The notes under the pieces are model-generated. The model did no database searches. It worked only from the letters and a program-made list of their open reading frames with translations, and was not told the origin of the DNA. This document shows positions 44,900 to 59,246 of a DNA stretch of 64,000 nucleotides, piece after piece; positions within the stretch are counted from its first letter, which is position 1; each line of letters begins with the position of its first letter. The stretch is from Eledone cirrhosa (Eukaryota), in assembly GCA_964016885.1 (NCBI GenBank), contig OZ024741.1:369706001-369770000 (forward strand), read 5' to 3'. The position numbers and the translations under genes are program-made.

Positions 44900-45830
44900 C
44901 GAAAACGATAAATCTTAAAGCGCAATGGTAACCAAAGCGTTTCTTAAGGCCGACATTTCATTACACAAGCTTACTAATCCAAGAGATTAGTTCTTAAGAG
45001 ACTGTTTGCCACTCGAATCAGTTCTAACTACTGCAGTCATCGCTCAGATCATCGATGATTCGCTAAGAAGTATAGTGCCAAGAGAAAATTATCTCTTACT
45101 ACTGCCTGATGCTGCTTGGTATATGGTAGCTGCTGGAGAAACATTGCAAGTTATGTACTCTAAGTTCTTCCATGTAACCTGCTTCTCCCACCTACTGTAC
45201 AACTGTGCTCTAAAAAGAAATAATGGCTTTCTCTCCCGCAGTCATTTGTCTGATTGCCATCGTCAAAGGCTGCTACTGTAAAAAACAAACATCGTCGAGA
45301 GAAATTTAAAACAATCACATACCTCAGCCTATTGTGATCGGTAGGGTAGCTGGTTGGATACCTGCAATTACTATCCCAAGAACCTTGTAGAAGTTACAGA
45401 AATTGTAGAGAGTTTTGAGGACGAAGACATTTGAGTGCAGAGAGCGACGGAAACTGTGCGGAATTCTGAGATCAACACTAACCTTACCAAATCCCTTCAG
45501 ACTCTTTGCAGTTGAAAGAGTTGATTTTGAAAGACTAATTAACAGCCTTCTCCATCTAAGATGCTTATAAAGCCTCAAAGAATTGAAATTCAACGAAGAC
45601 CCATGTTGCATCATGAATTACACTGATTTTAGATTCAATAAAAACCAAATCAATTTGATAATTAAACGAATAAATACAACAGTTTCACCCTCGGAATATG
45701 CAGATTTGAAACAATGTCAAACGACAATAGCTGTAGAACACAGTTTTTTGATCCTGAAAAAATTCTTGTAAAAGACAAGAATGTTTTCCCTACAAATATA
45801 AAACTTTGTATCGTATTGTACTATAATAAA
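44900..45830 (+). pseudogene. Decayed hAT-like (CGGBP1-related) transposase
   Basis: AFLKADISLHKLTNP; LLLLPDAAWYMVAAG..FHVTCFSHLLYNCA; C-terminal AVEHSFLILKKFL; many stops and frameshifts. Confidence 0.75.
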
Positions 45831-46306
45831 ATTCCACAATAGTATTTTTTAAAAATTATCTTGATAATATATCATAAAGTAATCAAAACTAGAGTGAACT
45901 CCGTAATTTTTATGGGTTTATTAGTAATATTAGAGGTAACAAAGAGGTGACAATCTGTCAATAAATTTGAAAAATAAGGTTAAAAAGTGTGAAAATAAGG
46001 TTAAAATCTCGTAAATTTTAAGGTTAAAAACAATTGCTCGAATAATCAATAATGTTGTGTAAATCCCAACCTACTGGCTTCCACTTCATTGCGATACCAG
46101 TACTCCAGAGTACACAGGCACACATGTATACTTCGCCGAGTGCTCAATCCTGCGTACTCTAGTGTTTGTTGACTAATAACTAATTATGGATATACTAACA
46201 CAAAATGTACCAACTATATATATATCACTTTGAAACTCATAGTGAATGGTCTTCAAAAGGTTTTTAATTAAACATACAGTATATTTCCAAATATACTATA
46301 CATACA

Positions 46307-46411
<105 letters not shown>

Positions 46412-46528
46412 AAAATTAAGATAGATTAAAAGAATTCAATCAGAATCGAAATTGTAGGTGTCATTCCTTAACGGAATGCGCCATATCGCCCTGAAAATAA
46501 GCTCTAGGACTTTGTGGTACGAGCATTT

Positions 46529-47166
46529 TATAATAACTAGGAATTGATCAACATATATATTAATAAATATAAACATGAAAAATCACAGGAGATAATTTTT
46601 ACAAGCGTGTAACCACGCATGGCTAGTAGGTAACAAATAAATAAAGTTAACTAGAACTTCAAAAATATATACCTTTTAATGATTAATCTTCCCTGTATAT
46701 ATTTCATTAAAGAAATATATTTCACCAATTAATCAGATGGTAAGTCACGGAAAGTGGATATTATTGGATTATCGACAAGGAAGAACAATATCAAGCGATC
46801 CATGTTTACACTTCGAGTCAAAATCTTAAACTGGCCGCTACCACGTGTTGATATTACACATCACAGCGGCTTCATTTCAGTGGCGTGAATAGGTATTCGA
46901 CAACTAGAAATAGCAGTCAATTCCCTTCAACAGAGTTAGCTCTACAATTAAGGAGCAGTATTTATATATGATTAATTGGTGAAATATATTTCTTTAATGA
47001 AATATATAGGGAAGATTAATCATTAAAAGGTATATATTTTTGAAGTTCTAGTTAACTTTATTTATTTGTTACCTACTAGCCATGCGTGGTTACACGCTTG
47101 TAAAAATTATCTCCTGTGATTTTTCATGTTTATATTTATTTATATATATGTTGATCAATTCCTAGT

Positions 47167-47173
<7 letters not shown>
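46529..47173. repeat. Inverted repeat, arms of about 205 bp (46529-46735 / 46969-47173)
   Basis: Reverse-complement match read directly; inside a (TA)n-bounded segment. Confidence 0.9.
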
Positions 47174-47204
<31 letters not shown>

Positions 47205-47506
47205 GTGTGTGTGTGTGTGTGCCTATATCTTTAAGTGTGTTATTTGTGGTTACGGTAGGAAGAGCTGTAAAACTTACAGACACGCCAGCGACAACATACA
47301 AACAAACACACACACACATATAAAAACACAAATACATACCACACACATACTTAGAAACACAGCACGCAAACATATACGTATATACACACTATGTATAAAC
47401 TTACATATCTACATGCCACACACAGATATGCCTGCACCTACAGTCAAATCAACCTTCACGCTGACATGTCTAAATCTAGTTAAATCATTTCCCTCTGCAT
47501 ACATAC

Positions 47507-47607
<101 letters not shown>

Positions 47608-47675
47608 TTATATATATGATGTATATATATATATATGTATGTATATACATGATGTATATATATATATAAATATTT

Positions 47676-47728
<53 letters not shown>

Positions 47729-47738
47729 CATATGTATA

Positions 47739-47915
<177 letters not shown>

Positions 47916-47920
47916 GTATG

Positions 47921-47962
<42 letters not shown>

Positions 47963-48099
47963 CATACATATATATATGTGTGTGTGTGTATGTGTGTGTC
48001 CAGAAATAGATAAAGAGAGAGGAGGGAGGGGGAGGGCAAATAGATGTAGATGTGTGTTAAATAAAATTAAAATTAATTACGAAAGAAATTGTATTTCTT

Positions 48100-49370
48100 C
48101 ATCGTCATCATCACCATCACCATCACCATCACCACCATCACCATCACCATCACCATCACCACCATCACCATCATCACCATCACCATCACCATCATCACCA
48201 TCACCATCACCATCACCACCATCACCATCATCACCATCACCACCATCATCACGATCACCATCACCACCATCATCACCATCATCACCATCATCACCATCAT
48301 CACCATCATCACCATCATCACCACCATCATCATCACCATCATCATCATCATCATCACCATCATCACCATCATCATCATCACCATCACCATCACCATCATC
48401 ACCATCACCATCATCATCATCATCATCATCATCATCACCATCACCATCATCATCACCATCATCATCATTACCATCATCATCACCCTCACCATCATCACCA
48501 TCATCATCATCATCATCATCAACATCAAGATCATCATCATCATCATCTCCACTACTACCCTCCCGCTCCCTCTTCGCCCCCATTATTCTCCTTCTCCCCG
48601 CCCCCTCTATCAATTAAGTAACAGATTGGTGGATCGCTCACATTAATTGAATGGAATGCTTATTGTTCTATATTTTTATGTACGTTTCTTTTCAAGTTCC
48701 AATCATCATCATCGTCGTCACCATCACCATCATCGCCATCAATATCCTCCTCCTGCTCCTCCTCCTCATCATCATCATCTTCATCGTCATCATCACTACC
48801 ACCACCTCAATCATCACCACCACCATCATCATCACCACCATCATCACCATCATCGTGATCAGCATCATCATCATCACCACCACCACCACCCCCCCCCCCC
48901 CATCCCCCCCCCATCCCCCCCATCACCACCACCACCATCACCACCATCACCCCCCACACCCCCATCCCCGCCATCATCACCACCACCACCATCCCCACCA
49001 TCATCACCACCACCATCACCACCACCAGCATCCCCACCATCATCACCCCCACCCCCACCATCCCCACCATCCCCACCACCACCACCACCACCACCACCAC
49101 CACCACCACCACCATCACCACCACCACCACCACCACCACAGTCACCATCATCATCATCATCACCCCCCCCCCCCCCCCCCCCCCACCATCCCCACCATCC
49201 CCACCACCACCACCACCACCACCACCACCACCACCACCACCACCACCACCACCATCACCACCACCACCACCACCACCACCACCATCACCACCACCACCAC
49301 CACAGTCACCATCATCATCATCATCATCATCATCATCATTACCCCCACCACCACCACCACCAACAACAAC
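48100..49370. repeat. (CAT/CAC)n trinucleotide arrays
   Basis: Seen directly; source of the poly-S/P/H/D ORFs. Confidence 0.95.
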
Positions 49371-49584
49371 ATACAACATATACATACATATATATATATA
49401 CATACATATACGTACACATTCATATATATATATATATTCAGGCTGATCCAGTAGCCTGTTACTCTGGAAACTTCTCGATGCGTGGCTCGTTACTCGAAAA
49501 AACAAAACAAAAAAAAAAACGGCCACACGTGAGGAAGCTCCAAGGTAACAAGTTACCGTATCAGCCTCAATGAAATACGGTACT

Positions 49585-49781
49585 ATAAAGTCAATTGTAT
49601 ATGAAGCAGAAGTTGCAGGTGAGAATACCAACGAATCAGTGGGCAGGAAGTATATATATATAAATCAATATGGATGCAGTAAAAACTTGTTTAGAACATT
49701 ACTCCCCAGAGTTCTCGATACTAGGGGAAGTAGTTGTTGAATTGGCAAGAGCTGAGCCTCGGGGTCCCGACTCTTTTATAG

Positions 49782-49850
<69 letters not shown>

Positions 49851-50065
49851 TTGTGTGTGTATGTATGTATGTATGTATGTGTGTGTATGTATTTGTGTGT
49901 TTGTTTGTGTGTGGTAATAGTAGAAGATAAATTTTAGCAGAGGATTTACTCGCGTGTTTCGACTTTCAGACACGCTGAACTGTCATCGACTACCTTGGCT
50001 AAATATGTATGGGAATTAAAGGACAGTGACGTACCTCATAAAACATGGAGAACACTAGGGAAGTG
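49585..50065 (+). pseudogene. Old Hydra-like GIY-YIG remnant split by an insertion
   Basis: KSIVYEAEVAGENTNESVGRKYI | insert | EDKF*QRIYSRVSTFRHAELSSTTLAKYVWELKD. Confidence 0.7.
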
Positions 50066-50676
50066 GTTTTGGTTTTGTACCAGAAGGAAAACAAAAATAC
50101 ATCAGTTCTAAAAATGAGATTTTCAAGAAATTGTTACACTTCCTAACGTATTTATTCACCTCTTGGAAACACACCCCGTCGGACCTACAGCCTGCAAAGT
50201 TAAGCGGAAAAGACATTTTAGAATTACACTACAATACATTATATACATTATTATACAACAAAATCACACATGTTTTCTCTTTGTATATTCCTTATCCACT
50301 TTATAAGCACCCTTCCATACACACGACGAGTTTAACATATATTATCTTTCTAGCAACAAAGAGAGCATCTGTATACCCATCCATTGTCTTCCCCTTCTTA
50401 TTCTTTCCTTCCGCTCAATGTAACACGGTACGGCAACTAATATTTTATATGTTTTTTAATTTTTTCTCCAGCTATTTTACAAAGGAAATATTCTTTTCAC
50501 ACCGGACTTTTCAAATGCCAACTCTTTCATGTTGTTTATAATATTCTTTCATTCTTCCCGCGAAACCTTTGGCTAAATCCTATTGAACTTGCCAGGTATT
50601 ATCACTGACTAACAAACTTAGCTTACACTTTTGTAACCTTGTTAGCTCATGAAACCTTAGGTTGCAATAGAATATC

Positions 50677-51482
50677 GGTTGGAAGTGACCACAGCTTCAT
50701 AAATTACAGCTGGTGTGTTGCACCCACCGGGGTGCTCTTGCCGTAAGCCTGAAGCTTGCCCCCCTCAACAGCAATGCAACACACCAGCTGTAATTTATGA
50801 AGCTATGGTCACTTCCAACCAACCAAACCAACCACAGGAGGTCATATCCTATGTGGGCATGGCGGAGGGCCGATTTAAGGAACGTTTCCTGAACCACCAG
50901 TCTACCTTCAGGTAACCGGACAGACGTTCATCCACGAAACTCGCGAGCCACGTATGGTCCCTCAAGGACTCACGTATAGACTACTCCATTCAATGGAAAG
51001 CCATCACTAAGTCCAAGCCATACGCAAGGGGAAATCCGACGTGTGGCTTATGCATTGACGAACGAATAACTATTCTAAAGAGATTACGCAATAGTGATTG
51101 CCTAAACACGAGAAATCAATTTTTCACACGTTGTCCACACGTCGCCAAACACCTATTGCATAACTACAAGGCTCCGGACTGATTCTTTCTAATTGTATTT
51201 TCAACCTAAAAACTTTTCGGACTTTCGCAGTTATCTCCCTTACACCTCTCGCACGCAGTCTAGTATTGCCTGTGTGAAGTGACCGGGTTTCTGCGCATGC
51301 GCGTTCGTACGGTTGTCCTTCCTGTTCCTATAACCATGCCCATTTCGAGCTGAGGATCCGCTAAGGTGAAACGATTGTTCTCGGTATTGTGAACTAACTG
51401 TTGTGTAACCACTTCTACCTAACTCGTCCCATGGACTGAGTGCTCTACCACTACGGATATTACCTTCCAGTTTTCCACCACT
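50677..51482 (+). mobile_element. 5'-truncated Hydra-like PLE: GIY-YIG C-terminus, 3' UTR with HHR (51346-51383), 46-bp 5' inversion
   Basis: CSCRKPEACP..VIYEA..YVGMAEGRFKERFLNH..*..LASHVWSLKD..CGLC..E..LNTR..CPH, stop at 51180-82. HHR CGAG-CTGAGGA-T-CC gctaa GG-T-GAAA-CGATTG-TT-CTCG. 50677-50722 is the reverse complement of 50775-50820. Confidence 0.85.
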
Positions 51483-51541
51483 ATATATATAGTTAAGGGT
51501 GAAAGCAGCGATTCTTTGCTTAAACTTTAATCTGTTATTTT

Positions 51542-51642
<101 letters not shown>

Positions 51643-51780
51643 TATATTTATCCCGCGTTCAATCAAGATTAATCACAATAAGTAAGGTACTCAATACATA
51701 GCAGAGTATAAATATTTAATATAGAAATGGCTTCTACAGGGACTAGAACTGTTTCATTCACGAGGAATCATCAGGGGTCC

Positions 51781-51824
<44 letters not shown>

Positions 51825-51829
<5 letters not shown>

Positions 51830-52016
51830 AGTAAGTAAGACCCCGACGGCTGAGCTCAAGCCGTTTCGACGGCTAATAGTACAGAATTAGCCGTCGAAAC
51901 GGCTTGAGCTCAGCCGTCGGGGTCTTACTTACTCCTATTACCCACTCTACTACCCTAAGTATTGAGTACTTTGGTGCGTTATGGTCCACCTGGTTCCTTA
52001 CCACTTTTCCTTCGCT
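51825..52016 (+). mobile_element. Fold-back fragment, family F
   Basis: Hairpin 51825-51938 plus a tail homologous to 34394-34478. Confidence 0.8.
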
Positions 52017-52675
52017 ATATATATATATATATATATATTACTATATATATATATATTATTATTACTATATATATATATATATATATACGTTTATTCTCAT
52101 ATTTACACATATTTTTTTCCCCGCTGTGACCCGTCTATTTCGTTCTTACTGCTTCCTCTTTCTCTGTATCTTTACCCTCTCTAGCAGTCACTCTCTCTGT
52201 TAGCCTCTTCCTCACCCTTCACTCACTCATTCTCTGTTACTACCTCCCCTCCTCCTCCTCCTTCTTCCCGTTTGACCTGTGCGTAATTCTTTTCTTTCGC
52301 ACCCTTGGTCTGGCAGGTCGCTTTTTTTCTCTCTCTCGTCTACGATGTCACAGAACTTACGTTCACCGAATTCACAGACTAGATCCCTTCTTCCTCCCGT
52401 TAGACCTGTACGGAATTCCTTCCTTGCTCACATTCCAACCAAGTTTGATGGTCTTTATTCTCTCTCGTTCACGATTTCACCGAATTTATATTCATAGAAA
52501 TTTGGGACTTGACTTCTTCTTCCTCACTTTTCGTTGCTTCACCATCTTTGTTTGTTTACACACGTGTCCCAACGACTTTTTTTAGCCGTTGCTCGCACCA
52601 ACCGGAGGTATATGGTCTTTAAAGCGATGAAATACCAATGATGGTTGGAAGATCACTGATGAAGGACTAACTTTA

Positions 52676-52766
<91 letters not shown>

Positions 52767-52772
<6 letters not shown>

Positions 52773-55700
52773 ATACTTTGGGAGGGTCATGTTGCCAATA
52801 AGGAACACACGCACCAGTTGCTTTTACTTCAATTTATTATAAATTTATAAATTTAGGAATTTATAAATTTCCGGTTGGTTGGTTGGTTCCACAACCAGGT
52901 GGCTGTTTATATATAGTCAAAGTTCTTTCGTCACACATTCTGTGACCTCTTCAGTGACTGGGGATTCCTTTATTTGTTTTTGTGCCTCTCCTTTGTTCTG
53001 TCCTACGCCATCTTGTTTCTGTGTGTGTGTTGTGTGCTCAGTCTGCGCATGCGCCACATCCGGGTGTCTGTGTGTGTTTATATTAGTTTATTTATTTGTT
53101 TATTTACATGTTACTGGTTGTTTGGTTGTTCTATGTGCGTGTGTGTTTTCATTCTGTCCTTAATTGTAAGTTGTGATGTTGCTGTTCCACTCATGTTTTC
53201 TATTTAATTTTGGTTGGAGTTCATTTATGTTTATTGCCTCTGTGATTTGTCTAAACATTGCGTCTTTTCTGTGTGTAGATTCTATTTTTATTTCTATGCT
53301 CTTTAATTTACCCTTATGTTCTATTTTAGCATGTTGGTAGAGTACAGATGATTCTTTACTATCTTGAAGGTCTCGCCAGTGTTCATTTATCCGTTCCCCT
53401 ATACTACGAGCTGTCTCACCTATGTACACTATATTTTTATCTCTACACTGTACTTCAGTACATCTTATGCTATATACTACATTTCTAGTTTTACAGTTAA
53501 TATGGGGGCTTAATTTACAGATTATACATTTCTTATCTATACAGGGAGGTCTTTGAAAAGGGTATGTCTTGCTAATAAGTGTTTTTATGGCGGTACCTGG
53601 TCTTTCTACTATCTTAATATTGAGTTTATGTTTATCTAGGGCCCTTCTAAATTTGTAAGCTAATTCACCTCTAGGGGTTGTATCGATGAACATTACACTC
53701 TGGTATTTAATGCTATCATACGATGCGTTTATTCTATTAGCCTTATTCCTAGTTCTTTCTATTCTATTCCAAAATGTGCTCCTATACAAGGGGCAGGTCC
53801 CATTTGTGTCATTATTTACCATTTTTTCCCATTTGGTTCTGGCTCCTCTATATACTCTGATTTTATCTCTCTGATTGTAACCAGAGAACTGCATACGGTG
53901 GATGAAGTGTTGTATGTGTCTCTCTAGTTCTTCGGGGTTGCACATGCGGGACACGTTTCTCATCACCCGTACCAAATCCGCAATCAGTATGTTGATTTTG
54001 GTATGGTCCGAAACAGCTGAGTTTCGGTGGATCAGATATTTGGAAGTCATGGGTTTGGCATAATGGGAATGGAGGATTTGTTCTTTGTTATTAATGGTAT
54101 CTAACCAGAGCTCTGTGTCTAGTACGGGTAATCGATGGTTGGGGTGTTTGCTTGGGTAGTCTATAGTAACTCTAATACTCTGGTGGATGGAGTTAGCTAT
54201 TTGCTGGATGCTTTTCATTGTGTTTTTCTCTAGTTCCTGACTGTTCTCCAGTGGGGTGTTTTAACTACGATGTTTATATCATCAACGTAGCGGGAGTACA
54301 TTACCAGGGTTAAGGGGTCTTCTAATTGTTCTTTAAGTTTAAGTTTAAGTCTATTGTCCCACCATACCATGAATAAGTTAGCTATGTCGCCTGCAATGCT
54401 AACACCAATGGCTGCTCCCTCCTCTTGGGCATATGTTTTTCCATTAAATTTGAACATATGTTCCTTAAGGGTTAATTTTATGCTGGCCCCTACCGCATGT
54501 GCAATCATTTTCTTAAGTTCATGGTGGTTTTCGGGGGTCCGTATGGCTCTTGTCCACCCGTTCCATCTATCTGTGTGGGTTTTCTTGTCCATTGAGGTAA
54601 TGGTAGGTGGTCTGCCTCTTGCTGGTCTTGTAGGGCACAGATTGCTAAGGTCATATGTATCTAGATAATTATTACTATAGGTAAGTTTAAGTAGGAGTCC
54701 CAGCTCACTGGTATCAATCCCACTGAATTCAACATTGCTCTCACTGATCATTTCTATGCATTTCTCTACAGCAAAATCCACGTCAATAGATGGATACAGG
54801 GACACAACATCCATACTACCTATTATGCAGCCTCTTAGGTCCCTAGATCGGTTACTCTCGCCGATTCTGCTGAGGAGGTCCTCCGTGCCGTCACATACAT
54901 CTGGGGACATTTCAATGATGGGGCGTATGATCAGGGAGAGGAAGTAGGACAGTCTGTAGTTACTAGCAATGTTAGCTCCACAGACTGGCCGTGTTGGTGG
55001 TCCTATGACAGGGTCACTGCTCGTTTTATGGTCTTTTCGAAGCCCATAAAACGCTGGCACGTCATTGTTCCAGTCCTGGAAGTTGTTGGCAGTCCTTTTG
55101 TTGGGCTGCATTATATTTGTCCACATCATCATATGAGCATTGAGGGCTTTTTCTCTATCCTCATGCTCTTGTGGTGTTACTTCTCTTGTGTTAGTGATGT
55201 GGGTTGCATTGCCTGGATGTAGTTTGGCAGACTGCCAACCGACATTCTGCCAGACTTGTCTGTTGGAAAGCATGCTATCTCTCCATTATGCGAGCGCTGT
55301 ATGAGCTTACGCAAGCCATTTGCAGATTTTTCTCCCAGTTGCTGGGCCTCCATTCTATTATGCTTTTTGCTATACTGTTCTATAATATTTCTAAGTTTAG
55401 ATCTAGCTATACTAAATTTTTCTCTTGGTGTGGTGATCTTAGTTATTTCTTGTATTAGGTTAGGCTTATGTTTTTCTTGATGACTTAATTCTCTATAGAT
55501 CTTCTTTTTTATGTTTAGAATTAGTGTTCGTTTTAGCCTATCTGCTTGCTTTTTGGTGAGCTGTAATCTTCTTACATCATGTTGATGGTGTTGGTGTAAA
55601 CTCGGGACGAGGCACATTCTTTTATGAAGTGTAGTTGTCGAGATGTTATTGTTTTTCGTAGACAACAGATCATGGTGGTTTTCAGTATCTTGTTAGCCTG

Positions 55701-56099
55701 GCTAAGGCTTACGATATTTCGTTTCTGAATTTGTTTAGCAAGATTCTTTATCTGAAAACGTGTGTTGAAACCGATATTGTTATACTTTGGGAGGGTCATG
55801 TTGCTAATAAGGAACACACGCACCAGTTGTTTTACTTCATATTGTTATACACGATATTGTTATACACAGAATGTGTGACGAAAGAACTTTGACAATATAT
55901 AAACAACCATCTGGTTGTGGAACCAACCAACCAACCGGAAATTTATAAATTCCCAAATTTATAAATTTATTATAATAAATTGAAGTAAACGCAACTGGTG
56001 CGTGTGTTCCTTATTGGCAACATGACCCTCCCAAAGTATAACAATATCGGTTTCAACACACGTTTTCAGATAAAGAATCTTGCTAAACAAATTCAGAAA

Positions 56100-56102
<3 letters not shown>
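52767..56102 (-). mobile_element. Near full-length PLE (family A) with 3' pseudo-LTR, HHR (52915-52959) and inverted 5' pseudo-LTR (about 55865-56102)
   Basis: 52767-52830 repeats at 55776-55840; the inverted copy runs into the ORF start; (TA)n on both sides. Confidence 0.92.
53160..55799 (-). pseudogene. PLE RT plus GIY-YIG ORF broken by at least three frameshifts or stops
   Basis: MTLPKYNN start (ATG at 55799), TDKSG, FYGLRKDHK, TRPVC, MDVVSLYPSI, GAAIG, RYVDD, PVLD, NVVYSIRC..YIGETARS..RINEH, PKLN, spread over four ORF pieces. Confidence 0.9.
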
Positions 56103-56173
<71 letters not shown>

Positions 56174-56228
56174 CTTGGCCGCAGCCAAAGCTTCGATTTT
56201 ACTAAGCTTCCACTTGTATATATATATA

Positions 56229-58205
56229 TATATGAAATATAAGAATCAAAGAACTGTTCAAAACATTATTGTGCTTACAACTGTTTCCTCCAAACCGAGG
56301 TTTGGTTTCTTCGGAGCAATTTATTAATGCATGGACAGTTATATGACCTCCTTTTCATCCGAGAGACACACCGAAACATATTCAAACATTGATACATATT
56401 CAAACATTGTGGGTCAACATTCATTACAGAATTTAGAGTGGCAGTACACACTTCGAGATTACATTTATATTAAGAGGTACAATCTAAAATCAAAAATACA
56501 GGTTAAAATGCAACATGAAGACAAGCGGTTATATAGTGCAAATGTTATATGTGTGGCACGCATGTGCGTCTTGTTTATATAGTGTGGCAGAGAGATATGT
56601 GTGGTAGAGGCACTTAGGTAGGTAAACAAGAGTGTTAGGTTGGTAGATCTGTTGGCAAATTCTTTATATGATTGATATAGTCTGTGTGTGGAGAAATGTT
56701 ATAAGCATTAAAAATAGTGCAAGCATTAAAAGTGTTAAAAGTAACACCTTCCTTAGACAGATGAAAAACGATTTAATCTAGTAACGCTGTTGAGCAGTAG
56801 GACCAGGCTGCTGAGCGCAGTGAGTGAATGCATTGCAACTGCCGTGCGGGTTGTACATATATGGATGATCTGACGGTCAGGGAGGGGTCGCGAGGACTGC
56901 GGATTGACCTCTGGCCGGCCTGGGGATGATTATCTTTCGACATCCAATGTAGCAAGCGATGACCCAGAACTTACCAGAGATCATTGGGTCCTGAAGCAAT
57001 CCTGCAATCACCGCGTCTGGTCCTATGAGTAGACTACAACCACGGAGATCATTAGTTTAGAATCCTCGCTCATCATCTATAATATCCATTTGGGGCACCT
57101 TAGGATGGGTTAATCCACCATAATAATATGATCACCTTCAGCATAACTTAATTAAACTACTCTATAGTTAATACACTTTATGCTTTAAACATTTTTTTGG
57201 AGGATGCGCATCACCATAGAAATTAGGGTCTATATTGTGACACATTTTAATAGCTAGGTATAGAAACCCCGGAGTTACCTCCCCGCATGCACTAACTCCC
57301 CTTAGCCACACACACACTTCCGGGTGGTATTCAATGGCGTTTCTCGAAACGTAACAGCCTCCTGTATTGAACTAAAGAACACCAGACTACGATCTCTAAC
57401 TGGATCGTCAAACGCTCAATATCGAATTGTCGTGGATTATGTGAGGGGCATATAATCGAAAAATACACTCCCTGACCATGAAAATGTCAAAGTACATGAA
57501 ATACTTGACATCCCTTCGCTGTGCATCTCCAATACTTTTAACACTTTTAATGCTTGCACTATTTTTAATGCTTATAACATTTCTCCACACACAGACTATA
57601 TCAATCATATAAAGAATTTGCCAACAGATCTACCAACCTAACACTCTTGTTTACCTACCTAAGTGCCTCTACCACACATATCTCTCTGCCACACTATATA
57701 AACAAGACGCACATGCGTGCCACACATATAACATTTGCACTATATAACCGCTTGTCTTCATGTTGCATTTTAACCTGTATTTTTGATTTTAGATTGTACC
57801 TCTTAATATAAATGTAATCTCGAAGTGTGTACTGCCACTCTAAATTCTGTAAAGAATGTTGACCCACAATGTTTGAATATGTATCAATGTTTGAATATGT
57901 TTCGGTGTGTCTCTCGGCTGAAAAGGAGGTCATATAACTGTCCATGCATTAATAAATTGCTCCGAAGAAACCAAACCTCGGTTTGGAGGAAACAGTTGTA
58001 AGCACAATAATGTTTTGAACAGTTCTTTGATTCTTATATTTCATATAACTGCTCTGTAAATCATCTGATGTTTTTACATTGAGCTACTTAACTTACTGGT
58101 AATAAGGTAGTAATACATTACTGCCTACCACTATTTAGGGTGTGTGTATAATACTTATAACTGCATAAGGTTTTGTATTTACATAACCATAAATAGTATA
58201 ACTAA

Positions 58206-58210
<5 letters not shown>
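56229..58210 (+). mobile_element. Non-coding PLE-type element with inverted arms of about 515 bp (56229-56743 / 57533-58047), each with an HHR (56272-56318 minus, 57958-58004 plus)
   Basis: TGCT-CCGAAGA-AA-CCAAAC ctcg GTTTGG-AG-GAAA-CAGTTG-TA-AGCA; (TA)n flanks. Confidence 0.8.
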
Positions 58211-58304
<94 letters not shown>

Positions 58305-58345
58305 TTCAAAATATTAACAAAATAGATATTCTTGTGATCAAGTAT

Positions 58346-58413
58346 ATTTTATTATACATATTTCAGAGGTACTGAGTTAAGTTCAACAGTACGTCGTCCT
58401 CATCAGATAAAAT
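58346..58413 (-). ncRNA. HHR near the end of an AT-rich element (about 58300-59575, short inverted ends)
   Basis: Minus strand: ATTTTAT-CTGATGA-GGA..GTACTG..CAGTAC..TCT-GAAA-TATGTA-TA-ATAAAAT. Confidence 0.7.
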
Positions 58414-59246
58414 AATATGATGCATGACATACCCTGACATAGTAGATGGTTAAGATTCAGTCATGGTAGTGAGTAATATATGACAAAACTCAATATTTAT
58501 ATACCTTAATATTGAGAACATGAGAAAAATATATAATATATACAATAAAGAGTGTGCGTGTGAGACAGCTTAAAAAATACATGGCATCAATATAACTGCT
58601 AAAAAATTTAAATTACTGAAGAAAGAGGAAACAAAGGAAAGCAAAGAAGAAAACAGCTGATAGGATACTATAGTTTGTAGTTGCTTCGAAAGACAAAAGA
58701 GAGTTGATTACAGAGAGAGAGAGACAAAGGTGAATAATTTATGTTCAAGTTTTTAGACAATTATCCATATATACAATATATATCTAAACTTATTTGGTTG
58801 ACCGTTAATATTCAAAATATTTAATTTAAGTTAGTTCAGAGTAATGAATAATATTTTAGGTTTTAAAAGTTAATAGGTATCTGTATTAATATTAAAGTAT
58901 ACTATCAAGTTTAATTTCTAAAATCAAATTTTATGAAATCAAATTTAAAGGATTTACAAACACGAGAAAGAAAACATAATGTTTTTAGAACCTCACGAAG
59001 GTAAACTTTACCAAAATTATTTATAATATTGACAACCGTTTATATAATATAATTTAGAAAATAATTACAGTTATAATTTTTAAAGAATTTATGATTAACA
59101 ATTTGAGTGCCTAAAGGATAAATAGGGCACTTAAAGAGGTCTGAATTTTAAATTACATATATGTGTTAATAAAAAATATACAAAAATTATATTGTCTAAA
59201 GACTTAAGGTGATACCTTTCAAATATACATAACATAATACAATAAT

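Noticed and set aside
50644-50676. CTCATGA-AACC-TTA-GGTT-GCAA as a decayed HHR
   Set aside because: Both core halves are mutated and there is no second copy to compare.
52650-52680. CTGATGAAGG as an HHR
   Set aside because: Runs into (TA)n before any stem II partner or GAAA.
54219-55665. Frame changes in the family A PLE as programmed frameshifts
   Set aside because: There are several, one just after RT motif C, and I saw no slippery heptamer; decay is the simpler explanation.
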